Assembly: GCA_013239625.1 (NCBI GenBank) | Contig: MU054323.1 | Span: forward strand, 20,667,082-20,731,081 | Reading direction: 5' to 3' | From: Lama guanicoe | Lineage: Eukaryota | Length of the DNA: 64,000 bases | Shown: piece by piece, positions 36,960 through 50,700 of the stretch | Position numbering within the stretch: position 1 is the stretch's first letter | Layout of the letters: each line of letters opens with the position of its first letter | The notes under the pieces: model-generated | Databases searched by the model: none | Seen by the model: the letters and a program-made list of their open reading frames with translations, nothing else | What the model was told of the DNA's origin: nothing | Position numbers and translations under genes: made by a program

Positions 36960-37140
36960 AGAAACAAAAGATGCCCAGTTAAATTCGAATTTTAGGTAAA
37001 CAAAGAACACCTTTTGAGTATACGTATGTCCCAAATACTGCATGGGGCATAGTTTTACAAAAAAAGTTCTTCGTGGTTTATCTGAAATTCAAATTTAACT
37101 GAGTGTCCTGTATTTTTATTTGCTAAATCTGGCAACCTTA
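36960..37140. mobile_element. MER53 palindromic hAT MITE
   Basis: Arms cccagttaaattcgaattttaggtaaac and gtttatctgaaattcaaatttaactgag; terminus gctaaatctggcaacctta; 8-bp flanking direct repeat cactggag at 36952-36959 and 37141-37148. Confidence 0.88.
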
Positions 37141-37799
37141 CACTGGAGGCCAAACCATTCTTTGGCCCAGGACTCCATGACCAGGCTAATATTTACACTG
37201 AGAGTCTGGGGGGGGGGTTGGTTGTGGGAAATCAAGTGGAGGGTCACTTTTGGGACTGAGGAGTGAAGCAGCACAGAGATTAGCAGGCAGGATGGGAATC
37301 AGGTGTTGGGGGACCTCCACCCTCAAATCTTCTCCTCCTCGAGCTGTCTATTTCCTGCTGGGACTGTGTTGGTGGCCCCTCTCCCTGCCCCGGGTCATAG
37401 AGACTAAAAAGATAGCCACACAGGGTTACTTTGGGATTGTGGGTAATGGCCTGTGTGGGGCTTTCTGAAGATTCTGAAAGATTCTGGAGGTTCTGAAGGT
37501 GGAGAGCGAGCTAGCAGAACACTAAGGAACAAGTAAAGGCAAAACATTACACAGTCCGTAATCTAGGGTGCTAAAAAAGTGTTAATCTCAGTTTGAATCA
37601 CTGTCACTTTCCAAGTGACGTGACTGAGCCCAGGCCACCATGTTCAGGGAAAAGGTGCAGTGAAGCTGCCGTGGCTGGAAGCTCCACGTCCACCTCGCTA
37701 GCACGTGTTGAAGAGGTCACAAGTGTTGACAGGGGGCCATTGCTACTGCCCTTGAGAAGGGGCCAAGTGGCCATCTATATAATTAATAATATATGGCCT

Positions 37800-39410
37800 T
37801 CTAGACTTAAAAAATTATGTATTTATATAAAGTTATTATTATTTATAAGTGGGATCATTCTGTATATTCTGTTCTGCTACTTGCTTTTTTTAGGTAATGA
37901 TATACCATGAACAGTTTGCCTATCAGTCCAGATAGATTTACTACATTATTTTTAACTGCCTATGGTATGTGGATACATCAAAGTTCATTTAACTAATCTT
38001 TTGATAGACATTTAAGTTGCTTCTTCTTTTCCGGCTATAAACAACTTTGAAAGGAATAAACTTGTACATACATCTTTGCACTTGTGCACATTATTTCTAT
38101 AGGATAAAGGCCTACAAGTAGAATTACTGGGTCAACTGCTTTACATGTACATTTATATTTCTGTAGATAGCATTAAACTCCCTCTAAAAATGCACCACTT
38201 TACAGTCTCACCAGCTAAGATCATGCCTCTTCTTTCCCAGCCTTCGCAATCCTGGGTAAGAGCCACCTTTTTTATCCTTTGCCAGTAAGATACGGGGAAA
38301 ATGCCAGGGCGTCACTGTCCCAGTTGGCATTTTTTTATTATTAGCCAGGGTGAGCATTTTTTTCATATGTGTACTTACTCATGGCTATTTTTTCTTCCAC
38401 AAAGTGCTTGATTTTTAACTTTTGCCTCTTTCTCTATTATCTTTATTGATTTTCAAAGACTTCTTTGTATGCTATGGATAAAAATTTAATTGTCTAAAAT
38501 TATTTAATTGGGGTGGGGTGGGGAATAGTTCAGTGGTAGTGTGTGCTTAGCATGCACGAGGTCCTGGGTTCAAGCCCCACTACCTCCATTACAAAAAACA
38601 AATGAATAAATAAACCTGATTACCACCCCCCCCGCCACAAAAAACAACCATAAACCATTGCAAAGTATTTCCTCTGAGGAGAGGTTCGTCTACTTAAATC
38701 CTGATAGAGTTTTCATCTGTTTGGGCCTCAAAAGAGTTTTTAATTATTGTTCTGTCATCTGCATAGCTTGTTTAAAAGAGTGTGTATAAATAGCCAAGTA
38801 GTATTTTGTTGTTATATTTTTATTTTAAATTTCTAGTTTGCCTGCAATTTGGTCAGAATGTGGCCTAGAAAGGTTCCTACCTTATGGAATTGAGATTTTC
38901 TTGATGACTCAAATATAATCAACTTTTGTAAACATGATGTAGCTATGTGAAATGGGTGCTTATTTTCAGTTTGCAGAGTACAAGGGTAAACCTATCCAAG
39001 CTTTAAAATACGGCCTTCAAATCCTTTATAACCTTATTTATGTTTAATCTGCTTGACCTTATCACTTTGGAGAAAGGAAGGTTAAAGTATCCTACTTTGG
39101 TTGTAATTTTAACAATTTTTTCCGCCTAATATTTCTTTTGGTGGGGGGCTGTTGTATTTTGATGCTACTTTGATATGTAAAGGCTTATGTCTGTTACATC
39201 TTCTTTGTAGATTATACTTTTTCTCATTTATCCAATGTGTCCCTTTCTGTCCATCTTCCTACGTTTTGTCAAACTTTTAGTTTGCCCAGTACTGCTGTTG
39301 CCACCTCTGCTTTAGCCTTGTTGCCATTTGCCTGAAATTCTTTCATTTATTCCTTTACTTTCAACCATTCTGTGCCTTTTCAGGTGCATCTCCTGTATCA
39401 AAGTGACATG
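37800..39410 (-). mobile_element. Ancient L1 (L1ME-like) fragments
   Basis: T-rich antisense L1 text (gacatttaagttgcttc, agtagaattactgggtcaa, tgagcatttttttcatatg). Confidence 0.7.
38512..38648 (+). mobile_element. tRNA-Ala-derived SINE
   Basis: atagttcagtggtag..gcttagcatgcacgaggtcctgggttcaagcccc..acctccatt followed by a tail. Confidence 0.85.
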
Positions 39411-39414
39411 GTTA

Positions 39415-39860
39415 GAGGTACTTCCTTCTTCCTCGGTAAGAGAAATCTAGGTAAGATGCCCAGGCCAAAAGAACGCATTTCTCTGCACATCTTGCTGCTA
39501 AATATAGCCACGTTATCAAGCTGTAGCCAACAAGAGGTACACTGACGTGTTTTATGGAGCTTTGGGACGGGGCACAAGCTCTTTGTTGCTCTTCGTAATC
39601 ACCTGCAAGTAGGATGGGAAGGCTGAGGCTTCCAGCAGCCACCTGGGACCAAGAGATGACCTTGAGGATGGAAGTCGTAGGCCAGGAGAGGAAGGCAGAA
39701 AGACAGAGAAAGCCTGGGGCCTGGGTCCCCATGACAGAGCCACCAGTTAGCCTGGACTGCTCCACAAGGACTGCTTTAACCTGGGAGAGAGAGGAGCATC
39801 CACTGTGTTCCAACCACGGTTGGTGTGGCTTTTCTGTTGCATGTAGACATCAGGATTTCT
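39415..39860 (+). mobile_element. Old MLT1-type LTR
   Basis: gcagccacctgggaccaagagatgaccttgaggatggaag..gcagaaagacag..cctgggtccc. Confidence 0.6.
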
Positions 39861-40089
39861 AAAAAATACATCAGATTTTGCCCTTTGGTGGGGGACGGAC
39901 TCAGTCTCAGAGTAATTGTCTTTTTCCCTTTAATGATCTGAGTCTCAATTCTTATTTCAGTTATATTAGTAGTCATGTTAAAATGCTTAACCAACACATC
40001 TGAACATTTGCTTGCAAGAGAGACGCTCTGGGTCTTGCAGCTCTGAGCATGGTCTCCAGTCACATCATCAACGTCCTCTTAGTGTCTGT

Positions 40090-40200
40090 AAGATGTGCAG
40101 AATCTCATGCCCTCCCCAGACCTGCTGACTCAGAAGCTCATTTTCACAAGATCCTCAGGTGATCTGTGTGTACACCGTGGAGTGTGAAAATTACTGCTTC
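40090..40200 (+). mobile_element. MER5A fragment
   Basis: gcagaatctc..ccccagacctgctgactcagaa..acaagatcctcaggtgat. Confidence 0.7.
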
Positions 40201-43200
40201 AGACGGCACTGACACCCCTCCCCTCTTCCGGGTGATGTTAGTGATCGCCTCAGTTTCCTCCTTCCCCCACACGGAGAGCAAGCAGCAGCAGGGCCTTCTC
40301 GGCCTTCACCTCCCTAGCTTTAGCTCTTGTTCTTCCCCCATCCCACTCACATTCTCTTATGCTGGACTGCTTGGAGTTCCCTGATGTGTCACAGCACTGC
40401 CTGGGGACACACCAAGTCCTCACCTAGCAGCCCACTCAACAGCCACCCCCCTTCTTCCTTGCTAACAAAAGTCCAATTTTATCGTGGTGATGCACCCAGC
40501 TCCAGGTGATGTGTCAAGCCCCATCTCAATCTCTTTCGCATGATTCTTCCTCTCTCAGCCTACTTTCAGAGCCATGATGGCCATGTATCCAGAACTAGCC
40601 AAGGAGACATACAGAGATATCTCCTGGGGGGCAGAGGGCCTTTTTTCCTTCCTGGATAAAAAAAGAACCTTGTTATAAGAAAACTGTATGTTCTTGCCCC
40701 TTCTGAATGAGACTCAGAATGTTGAGGTGATCTCTGAAGGTACACGCACCATCTTGTAACCATGGGAACGAACACGAGGTCAAAAGCCAACATGCTGAGG
40801 ATAACAGAGTAGACAGAAAGAGCCAGGTCCTTGATTGGGAACCGGTTTCTCTGCCCCCATGCCCCCTTCCTCCGTTCTCCTCCCATCTGCTCCAAGTTCA
40901 CCCTCCCTTCACCTCTCCTTTAGCTGGGGTAACACGGATGTGAAGTATATCCTAGCCCGTTAGTTATATTATATTGTATTCTCTATTTGTAATTTATAGT
41001 AATGGCTAAGTTAAGCCTTTCATTATAAATATCGCCTGCCTCCCCAAATCTCCCCCACCCACCAAATCCACCATTCTAAAGTGAGAACCATCGGATCTTA
41101 GTTCTCTGAGAATCTGAAATTATTTTCCCCCATAGGTTAGAGCCAGCCAGCTCCAATCAAGATCAACCTACCCTCACTTTCCCATCCCCCTGCCCTCCCC
41201 CACACCCAGGTGGCTGGCCCTGGTTCCAGCAGGCTATGTCACAGGGCACCTCGCCTACTGGGACTGATTTTTTAAAAATTTCTGTGGTTTCTGGGGAGTG
41301 GATGTTGTAAACTGGAGTGAAAAGAGATTGAAGTTTGAAACGCAGTGAACTTTTCCCTGCCCCTTACATGTGAATAATGACTTGCTGATAGAATCGGCTT
41401 TTTCAAAGATGAAAAACAAGCTAAGATTTATGGACAAGTCTGTTCAAAAAGACCCGGCACTGCTTGTAGCCAAGGTGGAAACAACGTCAGGAGATTCCTA
41501 GATCTATTCTGGTTGGAGGAAGCAAAGGGCAGGGAGGAGCCTGGGGAAGACAGATGGCAAGAGGAAGGAGGGAGGGGCTGGAATTGGCTGGAGCAGAATT
41601 TGGGGAGGCCGGCACCTGGGAAGGCTTCTTGTGCCCATTCTTTGAGCTCTACAGCAACATGAACGTGACAACCATTTCCAGCAAACGGTGGTGCGTGACA
41701 CAAACAAGGCTGCTTTGCTGGTATTGTTTTTACCTAAGTGCCACGCTGCACACACCTCCTGCAGGGACGGTGAAGAAGATGGGGGTCAGGAGAACTGTAC
41801 ACGTGGAGATGAAGGAAACTTTTGTCTGAAACTGGGACTTCTTCTAAGGGTTCTGATCCCTCATAGTATTTTCAGGGAGCCACCAGAAAAATATTTCTGC
41901 CAATTTCTCAGAGTCAAATCCAAAATACTTGGCTGGAATTCTGCTAATGGTTGGACACCCCATCCCCACCCCCCCATCCAGTCCCTCCCTGAAAGGCAGG
42001 GGTAGGGGTGGGGCGCTGCTGGGAGCAGTTCTGTCACTGCATCTGGATGGCCTCCTGGGTTTTGTGGGTGCAGAGCCAACATTTCTGAGTGTATATTTTA
42101 ATACCACAGTTTCAAAATATAAAAATAGAGTGTGAAAAACAAAAACAGGGCTCACAATCAGAGCCTCCATCACCCTGCTGGTTAGAGAGGTCAGAGAAAT
42201 AATAAAATGAGAGTAACCAAACTGAAGATTTGAAGAGTGCTCACGTGCCTTGGCAAGGAGAGTTCCAAGGCCAGACTTACACATGGCCTTTCCTAAGTGC
42301 TTAAGGCAGTTTAGCTCCCACTTGAGGTCTGTTATCACTCCTGTCTCCCCCAGCGAGTTATTTATGAAGGAAGGTTTCCCGGCCAGCCTGCCAAGCAAGG
42401 CATCTTGAACAGGTTCCGGCTGAGGCAGGAGGAGCTGCAGGAAAGGCCTGCAAGGCTGTGTGGGTCGAGGTGCCACTCAGTTCTGTTTCTTCAAACGCAC
42501 CCAGGCTGTAACTCAAAACCTGCAAACAACCTGAACCCTTTTCCAAACACACACCGAATCTTTTATGTCAGGTTCCATATATTTTCCTAACTCCCTTCCC
42601 CAGCTCAGCCCCACTCCACAGCAGAAATCAATTTGCTTAACAGAGTAGGTTCTGGGAGTTTTCCTCCTCAAAGCTCTCATTTGGAACAGATTAAGGAAGA
42701 GGGGAGGGCAGGAATCTGATTTTTCTTTTACTTTTGAAAAAAATTAACACACTTGCAACTTTGAAGCAGAACCACTATGTTCCATGACTGGCTTTTCAAA
42801 AGATGAAGACAATTTCATTTTCTGGTATAATAGGACCAGATTGCTTGGAGCCCCTGCCAACCCATTCCAGTCTAAAGGCCCAGCGCTGCCTCTCCGAGGA
42901 CTCTTGGACTCGCTCCGGCTGAGCAGGACACTCCGACCCAAGGGGAGCTGCCCACCTCAAACCTCGTGTCCACATCCATCTCCATCAAAACCCCCCATGC
43001 TTCCGGACAGTATGTCAGCCTGACATGAGCTCCTCAAGGATTTTACAAGCCCAGCTTAGGGGTGAAGGAGGCTCCTGCCCTGAAAAAGCTCATGGTGTGG
43101 GTGGGACCATAACCAAGAAACAGTATAAGACCTTAACAGTATGTGACCATGAGAGAATACAAAGGCCTGGAAGGCTCTGCGGGAAAGGAGGGCCTGCGGC

Positions 43201-46200
43201 TGGACTGTGGAGGGCCAGGACCGCTCCTGCCGTCAGTGAGGACACAGCAGGCACGAGGCCGACACGGGCAACAGCAGAGAGGGAACGGGCAGGGTGCAAG
43301 TCCGGAGGTGACTTTGGGACTCTCTTCTCCATTTACCCATTCTTCAGTCTCTTCTAAGTGTGGTTTCCCCATTAAAGAGGTATCTTTCTAGAAAATTCTA
43401 GCTATGGGGAAATACAATTGTAAGGCTGGCAGTCTTGTTTCCGAATAAAGTTTGTTTGAAGTTCCTAAGAAATGTAATAGAGATAAGCAACTCAACTTAT
43501 CAAGCCAGTGAGAACATTTAGATTAAAATTCTTTTTGTTAATTATTGATGACCTCATTTTCTTATAAAACTGGCCAAGTAGAGTTGCTAAAAAAAAATAA
43601 TTTGGATGCAAGCAAAGGGAGACCTGTTGCTTTTAGGTAGAATAACACCCGAGAGGGGAGACGCCCAACAGTTTAAGGCCGGAGGCTCTACCTTACTTAA
43701 CGCGGTGTCCCTAGCTGTTAGGAAATGGCCAGAACTTTCCAGGAACTCAGTAATTAGCACCTGTATGAAAACAGAAAGATGGGGAATGGCGAGACGTGAA
43801 GGTCCTATCTCCCCAAATCAACTCCTCCCTCCTTCCACAGAAACACACTTTCTAACTGCACACACGTCACAGCCTCCTACGCTGAGCCACAGGCACACCG
43901 CTCAGTCCTGGCCAATGAGACGCCCCTGCAAGTGGCGGACAGAACTCCCAGGTGGGCCTTTCCCTCCCGCCTCCTGCTCCCTGGACGGTGGATGTGGCAG
44001 TGGGAGCCAGAACTGCCCCCTCGGACCGTGAGAGGCATGGCGCCCAGTGCAAACGGCAGAGCACCAGGAAAGAAGGCGTGGGTCCCTGGCGGTCTGCCCA
44101 CCACAGCAGTCCACTGAGCCTTCAGGTGAGGAGGGAGAAAGAAGCCCCTAATTTGCCTTGGCCACTTTTCATTTGGGTCTGTTACAGGTGCCAAATCTAT
44201 ACTCGGGCTAAAACGCCAGTTATTTCACACTTGAAACCGTGAGAAAACACTTTAGAAAGTCAATTTCAAGATATGCCCCAAACTAAGATCCCTAATTGTA
44301 CTCCAGTAACTTGAGTACTTCAGCTGGAGGTGGGGGAAGGGGAGAGGGAGACAGAATGTGCGTGCGTGCGTGTACGTGTGTGTGCGTGCGTGTGTGTGTG
44401 TGAGAGACAGAGGGAGACAGAGGCAGAGGAGGCAACCTGCTGTCAAGGCCAATGTTTGCTCAGATTCTCACCTGATGCTCTCCGCCTTTGCCCCTGTGGA
44501 TGAGCCTCACGAGAAATCACTCTTGAAAAGCTGAGTTACTGAACTACAATGAGGAGTTCCTCATTTAGACATTGAAAGAGACAGACCTTCCTCATATGTC
44601 AGTCCTCATATGTCAGTGAACTGGCCAGAGTATGTCTCCTAAAATCCCACTCTCCTCCCAATACTCATCTACACATTACCAGCCAGACTGATTCTGTGTA
44701 CTCTCTACAGAGAGCCACCCTGAAAAGGCAGACAGATTTATAACACAAAAACCTACACATTTATCTAAAGGTACACACCCTATGTGCTGAGATAAAAATA
44801 CTCCAAGATGCCTTGTCACCAGCAGAGTCACCTCCCATTCTGTTCCGTCTACAGCAGCTCCTGCTCTGTGGATTCTTGTAATCAAAGCAGAGCAGTGGGA
44901 AGGAGGGAGCCCAGGCGATCACACTGAGAGACTGGAGAACAGAGCTGGAGGGTTTTGTAGGCAGGACAAGGGCTTAACAGGTCTCTGTCATCAACCGTCA
45001 CGTCTCCTGGGGTAACAGCAGGATGCTGAAGTATGAGGGGCTCCTACGGGGGGCCGGATGTGACTTCTCCACAGGACTATGTTGTGACCATCTGGGTTTG
45101 ACAATCATTTGGTTGCTGGGGCTGGAGGAAGATCAGTCCTCTGGTGAGTCTGCAGATGAGTGAACTAGGTGGGAAGGGCCTGGGTCAGGGCCGATGACAG
45201 GTGTGGACGGAGGGAGTGCTCAGGACGGGCACTCTGAGTCTGGCCTGAAGCTGGGGGTGCTGGTGGATGCTGCTGTCACCCTAACCAGCCCAGGGGTGAA
45301 TGGGGATGGGGGCCCACCTCTAGTTATTCCTGACAAAGAAGTGACCGTAACTCTTGAAACTGGCTTAGGTTCAAAAAGGAAGACCGCTAGCACTAGTGCA
45401 GAGAGGAATCCTGCATCCTGACACCGCATCCCACCACAGCCCCATGGAAGAAAGTGGAGGCTCCTGAGGTCGGAAAGGAAAGCACAAAAGAGGCGAGTTG
45501 AGGCCATGGGCAGGAGAATGAGGATCACTGAAACCTCGCAGCCACATCAGGACCAGGCGCCCTGGACCCCAGACTGTGGGCTCATTGTCATCCGTGAGGC
45601 TGTCAACTTGGGCCCAGGGAGCCTGCTTTCAGGAGCAGCAACTGGGGAGGCAAAATGCTGCAAAGATGACCCTCATTTCCTCCAGAGGAGCCTGTTGTCT
45701 CTCTGAGGCTTAGTCACTGGGAGGCCGTGGAAACAGCCCCATCACCCTAGCAACCAGGCCCAGCCTGGGTACTCTGTGACAGTAGCCACCTGCTCCTGGG
45801 TTTAAGATGGGAGCATTAGTTTGTATCTGCTTCTGCACATCATGTGGGTCGGCGGCCGGTGACGCTGGCTGAGATGCAGGTGAACGTCAGGGGCTCAGGC
45901 TTCCTGGGGCAGCAACTGATAGGAAGGGCGATTCCTGCTCAGCTGCCTTCCTTCAGCAGCCATCGCCCCTCGCCCTCCACTTGGGCAATGCCAGAGGTCT
46001 TCTTGGGAGTGAGGACTGTAATTCCTAACCTCTTGTGCTTTCTCCTCCGGAACCCTACTGACAATACAGATGAATATCCAGATGGCCCTGGGAGAAGGCC
46101 CAGGGGGAGCAAGGCCGCGGAATCTCAAGGCTGACTGCAGGGTGTGGTTTTATTGCCGGGAGATGCCTGGTTTCACAGAACACTCTGTTCTTCCCCTGTG

Positions 46201-47169
46201 ATGCTGGAGTTCCTCCAAGTCCTCGCTTCAAGGAATCTTCCATTTCCTCTGCCTTACCCCACAGAACCACTCTTCCCCTCCATGGGTTCTCTCTGACCCA
46301 GAAGTCTGGATTATTCTCAGTGGGCACTCTACCTTTCTCTCACTTTCTTTCTGTAAATTCAGGCTTGGGGAGCAGTAGGGAGAAGTGCTGTTCTGTCTCA
46401 AGGGGTCTGTGTTTTAGACCTCATTTCCCCGCTAATTATGTGACACCAGGGAAATCATTTACCTTCCCTGGCCTGCAGTTTCCACACCTGTAATTAGTCT
46501 AAAGCCCTCAGGTCGTGTGCTTCCCCTCCTCTGGGAAGGAATGAGAAATGGGGACACATTCAGCCTTCAAAGACCCTTCTGCCATCTCTGGCTGCAATCG
46601 CCCTGGCCGCTGCATGTCCCCAGGACAAGCTCTGTGTATCTGAGCTCCTGGGTTCCCAATCCATTTTCTTGGGTTATGATTCCGGTGTCTTCCTTTCAAA
46701 CACAGCAGTGAGTTTAGAAGACCTCCAATGTCCCCTTTCTATTAACTCCCAGGTTCCAAACCTAGAGGCTGGCTTTAGACTCCTTTTCCTGTCTTAGAAG
46801 AGGTGCTAAAAGTGCCAAGCCTCTGTCACCGCAGGAACCTGAGCTCCAGTTCTGACTTGAGGCATATTTTCCATGGGACCTGGGGTCCATTACTTCCACT
46901 CTCTAAATTTTAGGTTATCCACATTTAAAATGGAGTTGACAGTACAATATCTCATGGAGTGGCTGTGAGCATCTAAAGAGGTAAAATGCAGCAGGAGCCT
47001 TCAGCGGGAAAGGTTCTCCTTCCCCTGACCCCACCCTTGCCTACAGAGTGGGGAAGAGACACCCAGATAAGGAACCCAGGAGGAGGGGGCCCCCATTCTC
47101 AGGGCTACGGCCACCAACCTTCACTTTCTAGATGGATCATTCAGCACTGATCCTAGTCCCCTGACCAGT

Positions 47170-47762
47170 GCTGAATGAATCCATCTAGAAGGTACAGAGA
47201 ATGAAACCAACAGGGTAAAGTAACAGCAAATGATGGAAGGGCTACTGGGTGGCCAAGGTGTCTGTGGAGATGACACTGAAGCTGAGATGAAACTGACAAG
47301 AGAGGGACCTGGGAGACCAGTTCAAGCAGCAGCATAGCTAGTGCAGAGACGGGAGGCTGGAATGACTTTAGCGAGCTCCGGAACCCCAGAGAAGCTGGAG
47401 TGCTGGGGCTGAGACAGAGACAGGGAGGGGGTGTAGCAGATGAGGCTGGAGAGAGAGGCAGGGGTGAGGTCAGGGAGGGCTTTGCCTGTTACTTAGGAGT
47501 TGGGTTTTATTCTGAGAAAGAAGGGATGCCAAGGGAGAGTTCTGAGCAGGGGAGCAGCATCATCTGATCTCTTCCCTAAGAAGGGCCGTTTAATAGTCAC
47601 AGGGACAATGAGTTGCAGGCAGACAGGAGCAGAGGCAGGAAGACCAGGCTGGAGGTTTTCAGAGAAGTCCAGATGAGAGATGAGGGCGGCTTGGACCAGC
47701 ACATGAAACAAGCCTTGTGGACGGGCACTTTGTAAATATCTGTTGAATGAATGAATGAATCT
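47170..47762. mobile_element. L2 LINE fragments
   Basis: ttgggttttattctgag..gaggcaggaagaccag..tccagatgagagatgagggcggcttggaccag and the L2 tail tgttgaatgaatgaatgaat. Confidence 0.7.
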
Positions 47763-50700
47763 GCCTGATGTCACCACTTTTCATCTTCTGCTTAAATAGT
47801 AAAAGAAAAAGCTGTGGTTTATCTAGGTAGGAGTGAGAGAGGAGTGAGAAAACAGTTTAAGATTTAAAAATAGGCACAAAGAAATGAGAGAGGTAAGTAA
47901 GTTTAGCTTGTTCCCAAGGGAATTTAGGTCAGGCCTAGGGGTAGGTATGAGGGTACATTCTAGCATGGTGGTCATTCTTCTCCAGAAAAAGGTACTTGGT
48001 ACATACATATGAAATTACACTGATGGAGCTTAAAGGCTGTCTAAAATGGAGTCTGGGGCCAGATTCTCGTACCAGGACAGAAAAGACACTTTGGAGACAG
48101 GTTATCTGAGGAGATTAGGAAAGAAGCTATTGGAGAGCAGGGGGAGAAGGGAGGCCACACTCGGAGGATGTTTTTCCCAGGACCTAACCCTGTGAACTTG
48201 CAGGAATCAGGAAGAGCACGGGGCTGGGTGGGCAGGAGGACGTGTTGGGCAGCTCTAGAGGTGCTGGGGGTGGAACCATCTGTGACTCAGCACCAAGTCC
48301 CACAGGCCTGGGGCTTTGCTGACTGGGAGGTCACTGTGGGGCCGCTGTGCAATGTCACAGTGACCCGACCTCCCTCACCTGCTTCCTCAAGGGCTGGAGC
48401 GTGTGAGGTGCATTCACACTCTAACACTGGCTCCCGGGCTCTGTGTGGTGATGATGGGGCGTGTGTGTATGTGTGTGAGGGGTGGTGTGAGTGTGTGGGT
48501 GGCAGGGGGGGACACATTTTTGGGAAAATAGAGCAGTATTGTCTCTTTTCTTCTTCATTACCTTGCCCTGGGCTACAGGACTGTTCCGACTGGGCCCCAC
48601 AATGCCACCTGCCTCCTGTCCCTTCTCTGACCTCTGAGTCTCAGTTTTTCTACATCCGCTCCCATGTCCACTCTCCCACCTCCCTGCTAAGGTCCATCGT
48701 TATTCCAGAGTCTCCACAGGTCCTCACGTGGAGCACAGGGTCTCCTGCAGGGTGTCCTGGTTTCCCCAGGCCCGCAGCCCCCGCAGCCCCCCGCTGGCTC
48801 CCTGGCCCCGCAGCCTGAGGCTCACACCTGAGAGGTAAGAGCCAGAAAGGGCCAAACGGTACAGCAGCGCTGCTAACTCTCATCCCATGGCACGTCACTC
48901 AGGAGAACAGCCTCTCCTGTTTGCCCCCTAGTCTGTTCTAGCATGGAGGGTCAGTCTGCCTGTTTTGGGGCTTTCCTGTTTCAGAGGGTACCCTAAGCTC
49001 CTTAGGGTCCTCAGGACTGATATGAGGTCTACGGTGGTGGAAGATCAGCCCGTCAACACCAATTGAGCACCCACTGTGTACCAATAGGAGACAGACTCTA
49101 AGCCCATGGGCTAGCTGGGAAGATAAAACTCAGTCAAGTATATGAAAGAGAAAATAATAAAAGAATAGAAAAATCAAGGGCTCTTTATAACCAAATGCTG
49201 CAGGGGCTCAGAGAAAGGGGAGACCCTGGAGGGCAGGGGCATTGCAGAGAAGGTGGGACTTAATGCGTCACCACGAAACATCTGTATTTGGCAGAATGAG
49301 CATTAGTTAGATAGGAGTTTTTGCGGCTGAGGGGCGTGGTGGGAGGGAGGGATCAGAACTCCTTGGGGCCAGAACTCCAAGGAGAAGAACCACTCATCGC
49401 TCACAAGTGTGAGGGCAAGTGTGCTTGCTTCTCTCTCCTGCTCTGTATGTCTCTTTCTTTCTTAAATTTTATGTTTTTTTCCATAAGAAAGTTTTTACCA
49501 TAAAATGCCACAAACATGTCAATTATAGCTTAAAAAAAAGTTTCTACCAAGAAGTCATCCTTTGTGAACTTAAATTCTGACAATGGGTTTAAGGTCTAGA
49601 GCGCCTTAAAATTCTTCGTTAACTGGATTCTCTTTCTTATCCTGCATCAACTAAAGCAACTGTTGGTATCAGAAACTTTATGAATCTTATACACAGAAAC
49701 GGGGAAAGAGAGGAGGCCACCTGAATTAGGGGGCAAACCCTGGCTGAAGCTGGACGAGGAAGGATGGAGGGAGAGCTGGCACTGGAGAGGGCAAGGAGCC
49801 CGAGGAGGGGGCTTCGGAAGGCCAGCCCCCTGCCTGACCCCTCAACCGGCTCCTCCAGGTCGCAGAGTCCTCACCTCTTCAGGGTGAGCATGTGGGGTTC
49901 CATCCGTGGGCCTCCAGCTCTAGCCATCCCTGTGGGAACTCTGGGGTCTGTGCTACCTGTCCTGTGGTCCTGGAGTCCTCAAGTCTGCAGCCAGGGTATC
50001 AAGTTAGACCCAGCAAAGACCCCATATAAGAGACAAAAGATTCTACAGAAAAGAAAGGCTACAGAATAACCCTGAATTGTTGAATTCTAGCCATCTTCTA
50101 GATTTGGGGAGGTGTGGTGGTTAAAGCTGTTCTTTCATCCTCTATCTCCCCCTAAAGGGGCTTGTACCTCTGCTGCTTCCACCCAGAACTCCGTCTGCCT
50201 CCCTCAAGAATCACACAAATTTAGTGATTAAAATTTAAATACTGTCCAGCTTGGTTTTTGCCTCACATGGAAGCCCTTGTTCAAATGAACTCTGATATGT
50301 GAGTGTGTGAGACAGACAGACAGGAGTGAGCTGCTCGGGCAGAAGCAGGAAGCAAGCCCAGGGAAGCCGGAGCGGCCAAGTTGATGGCCTCGAGTGTCTC
50401 CTGCTCTGGAAACCACAGCTCTTTCCGAGCATTTCAAGGCTTGAAGTCAAGTCAGAGCAGGGACAGAAGAAAGGTGGAGCCCCACCTGGAGTCCAGCCCA
50501 TACACTTTCTCTTCCCAGCTGTGAATTTCAAGCCCCACCTCTTGAGTCTTAGATGTGCCATTTCCTCTGTTCCTCTCGGTGTGCCCGTGACTGGTGTGTG
50601 TGAGGGGCTGGGTAAGGGGTGGGGAGGGTCTCGATGCTGTGGCTTCCTTAAGTCATACTTCAAAGCTGAGGGAGCCTCAGGGGGTGCTCAGAGGGTAGTT

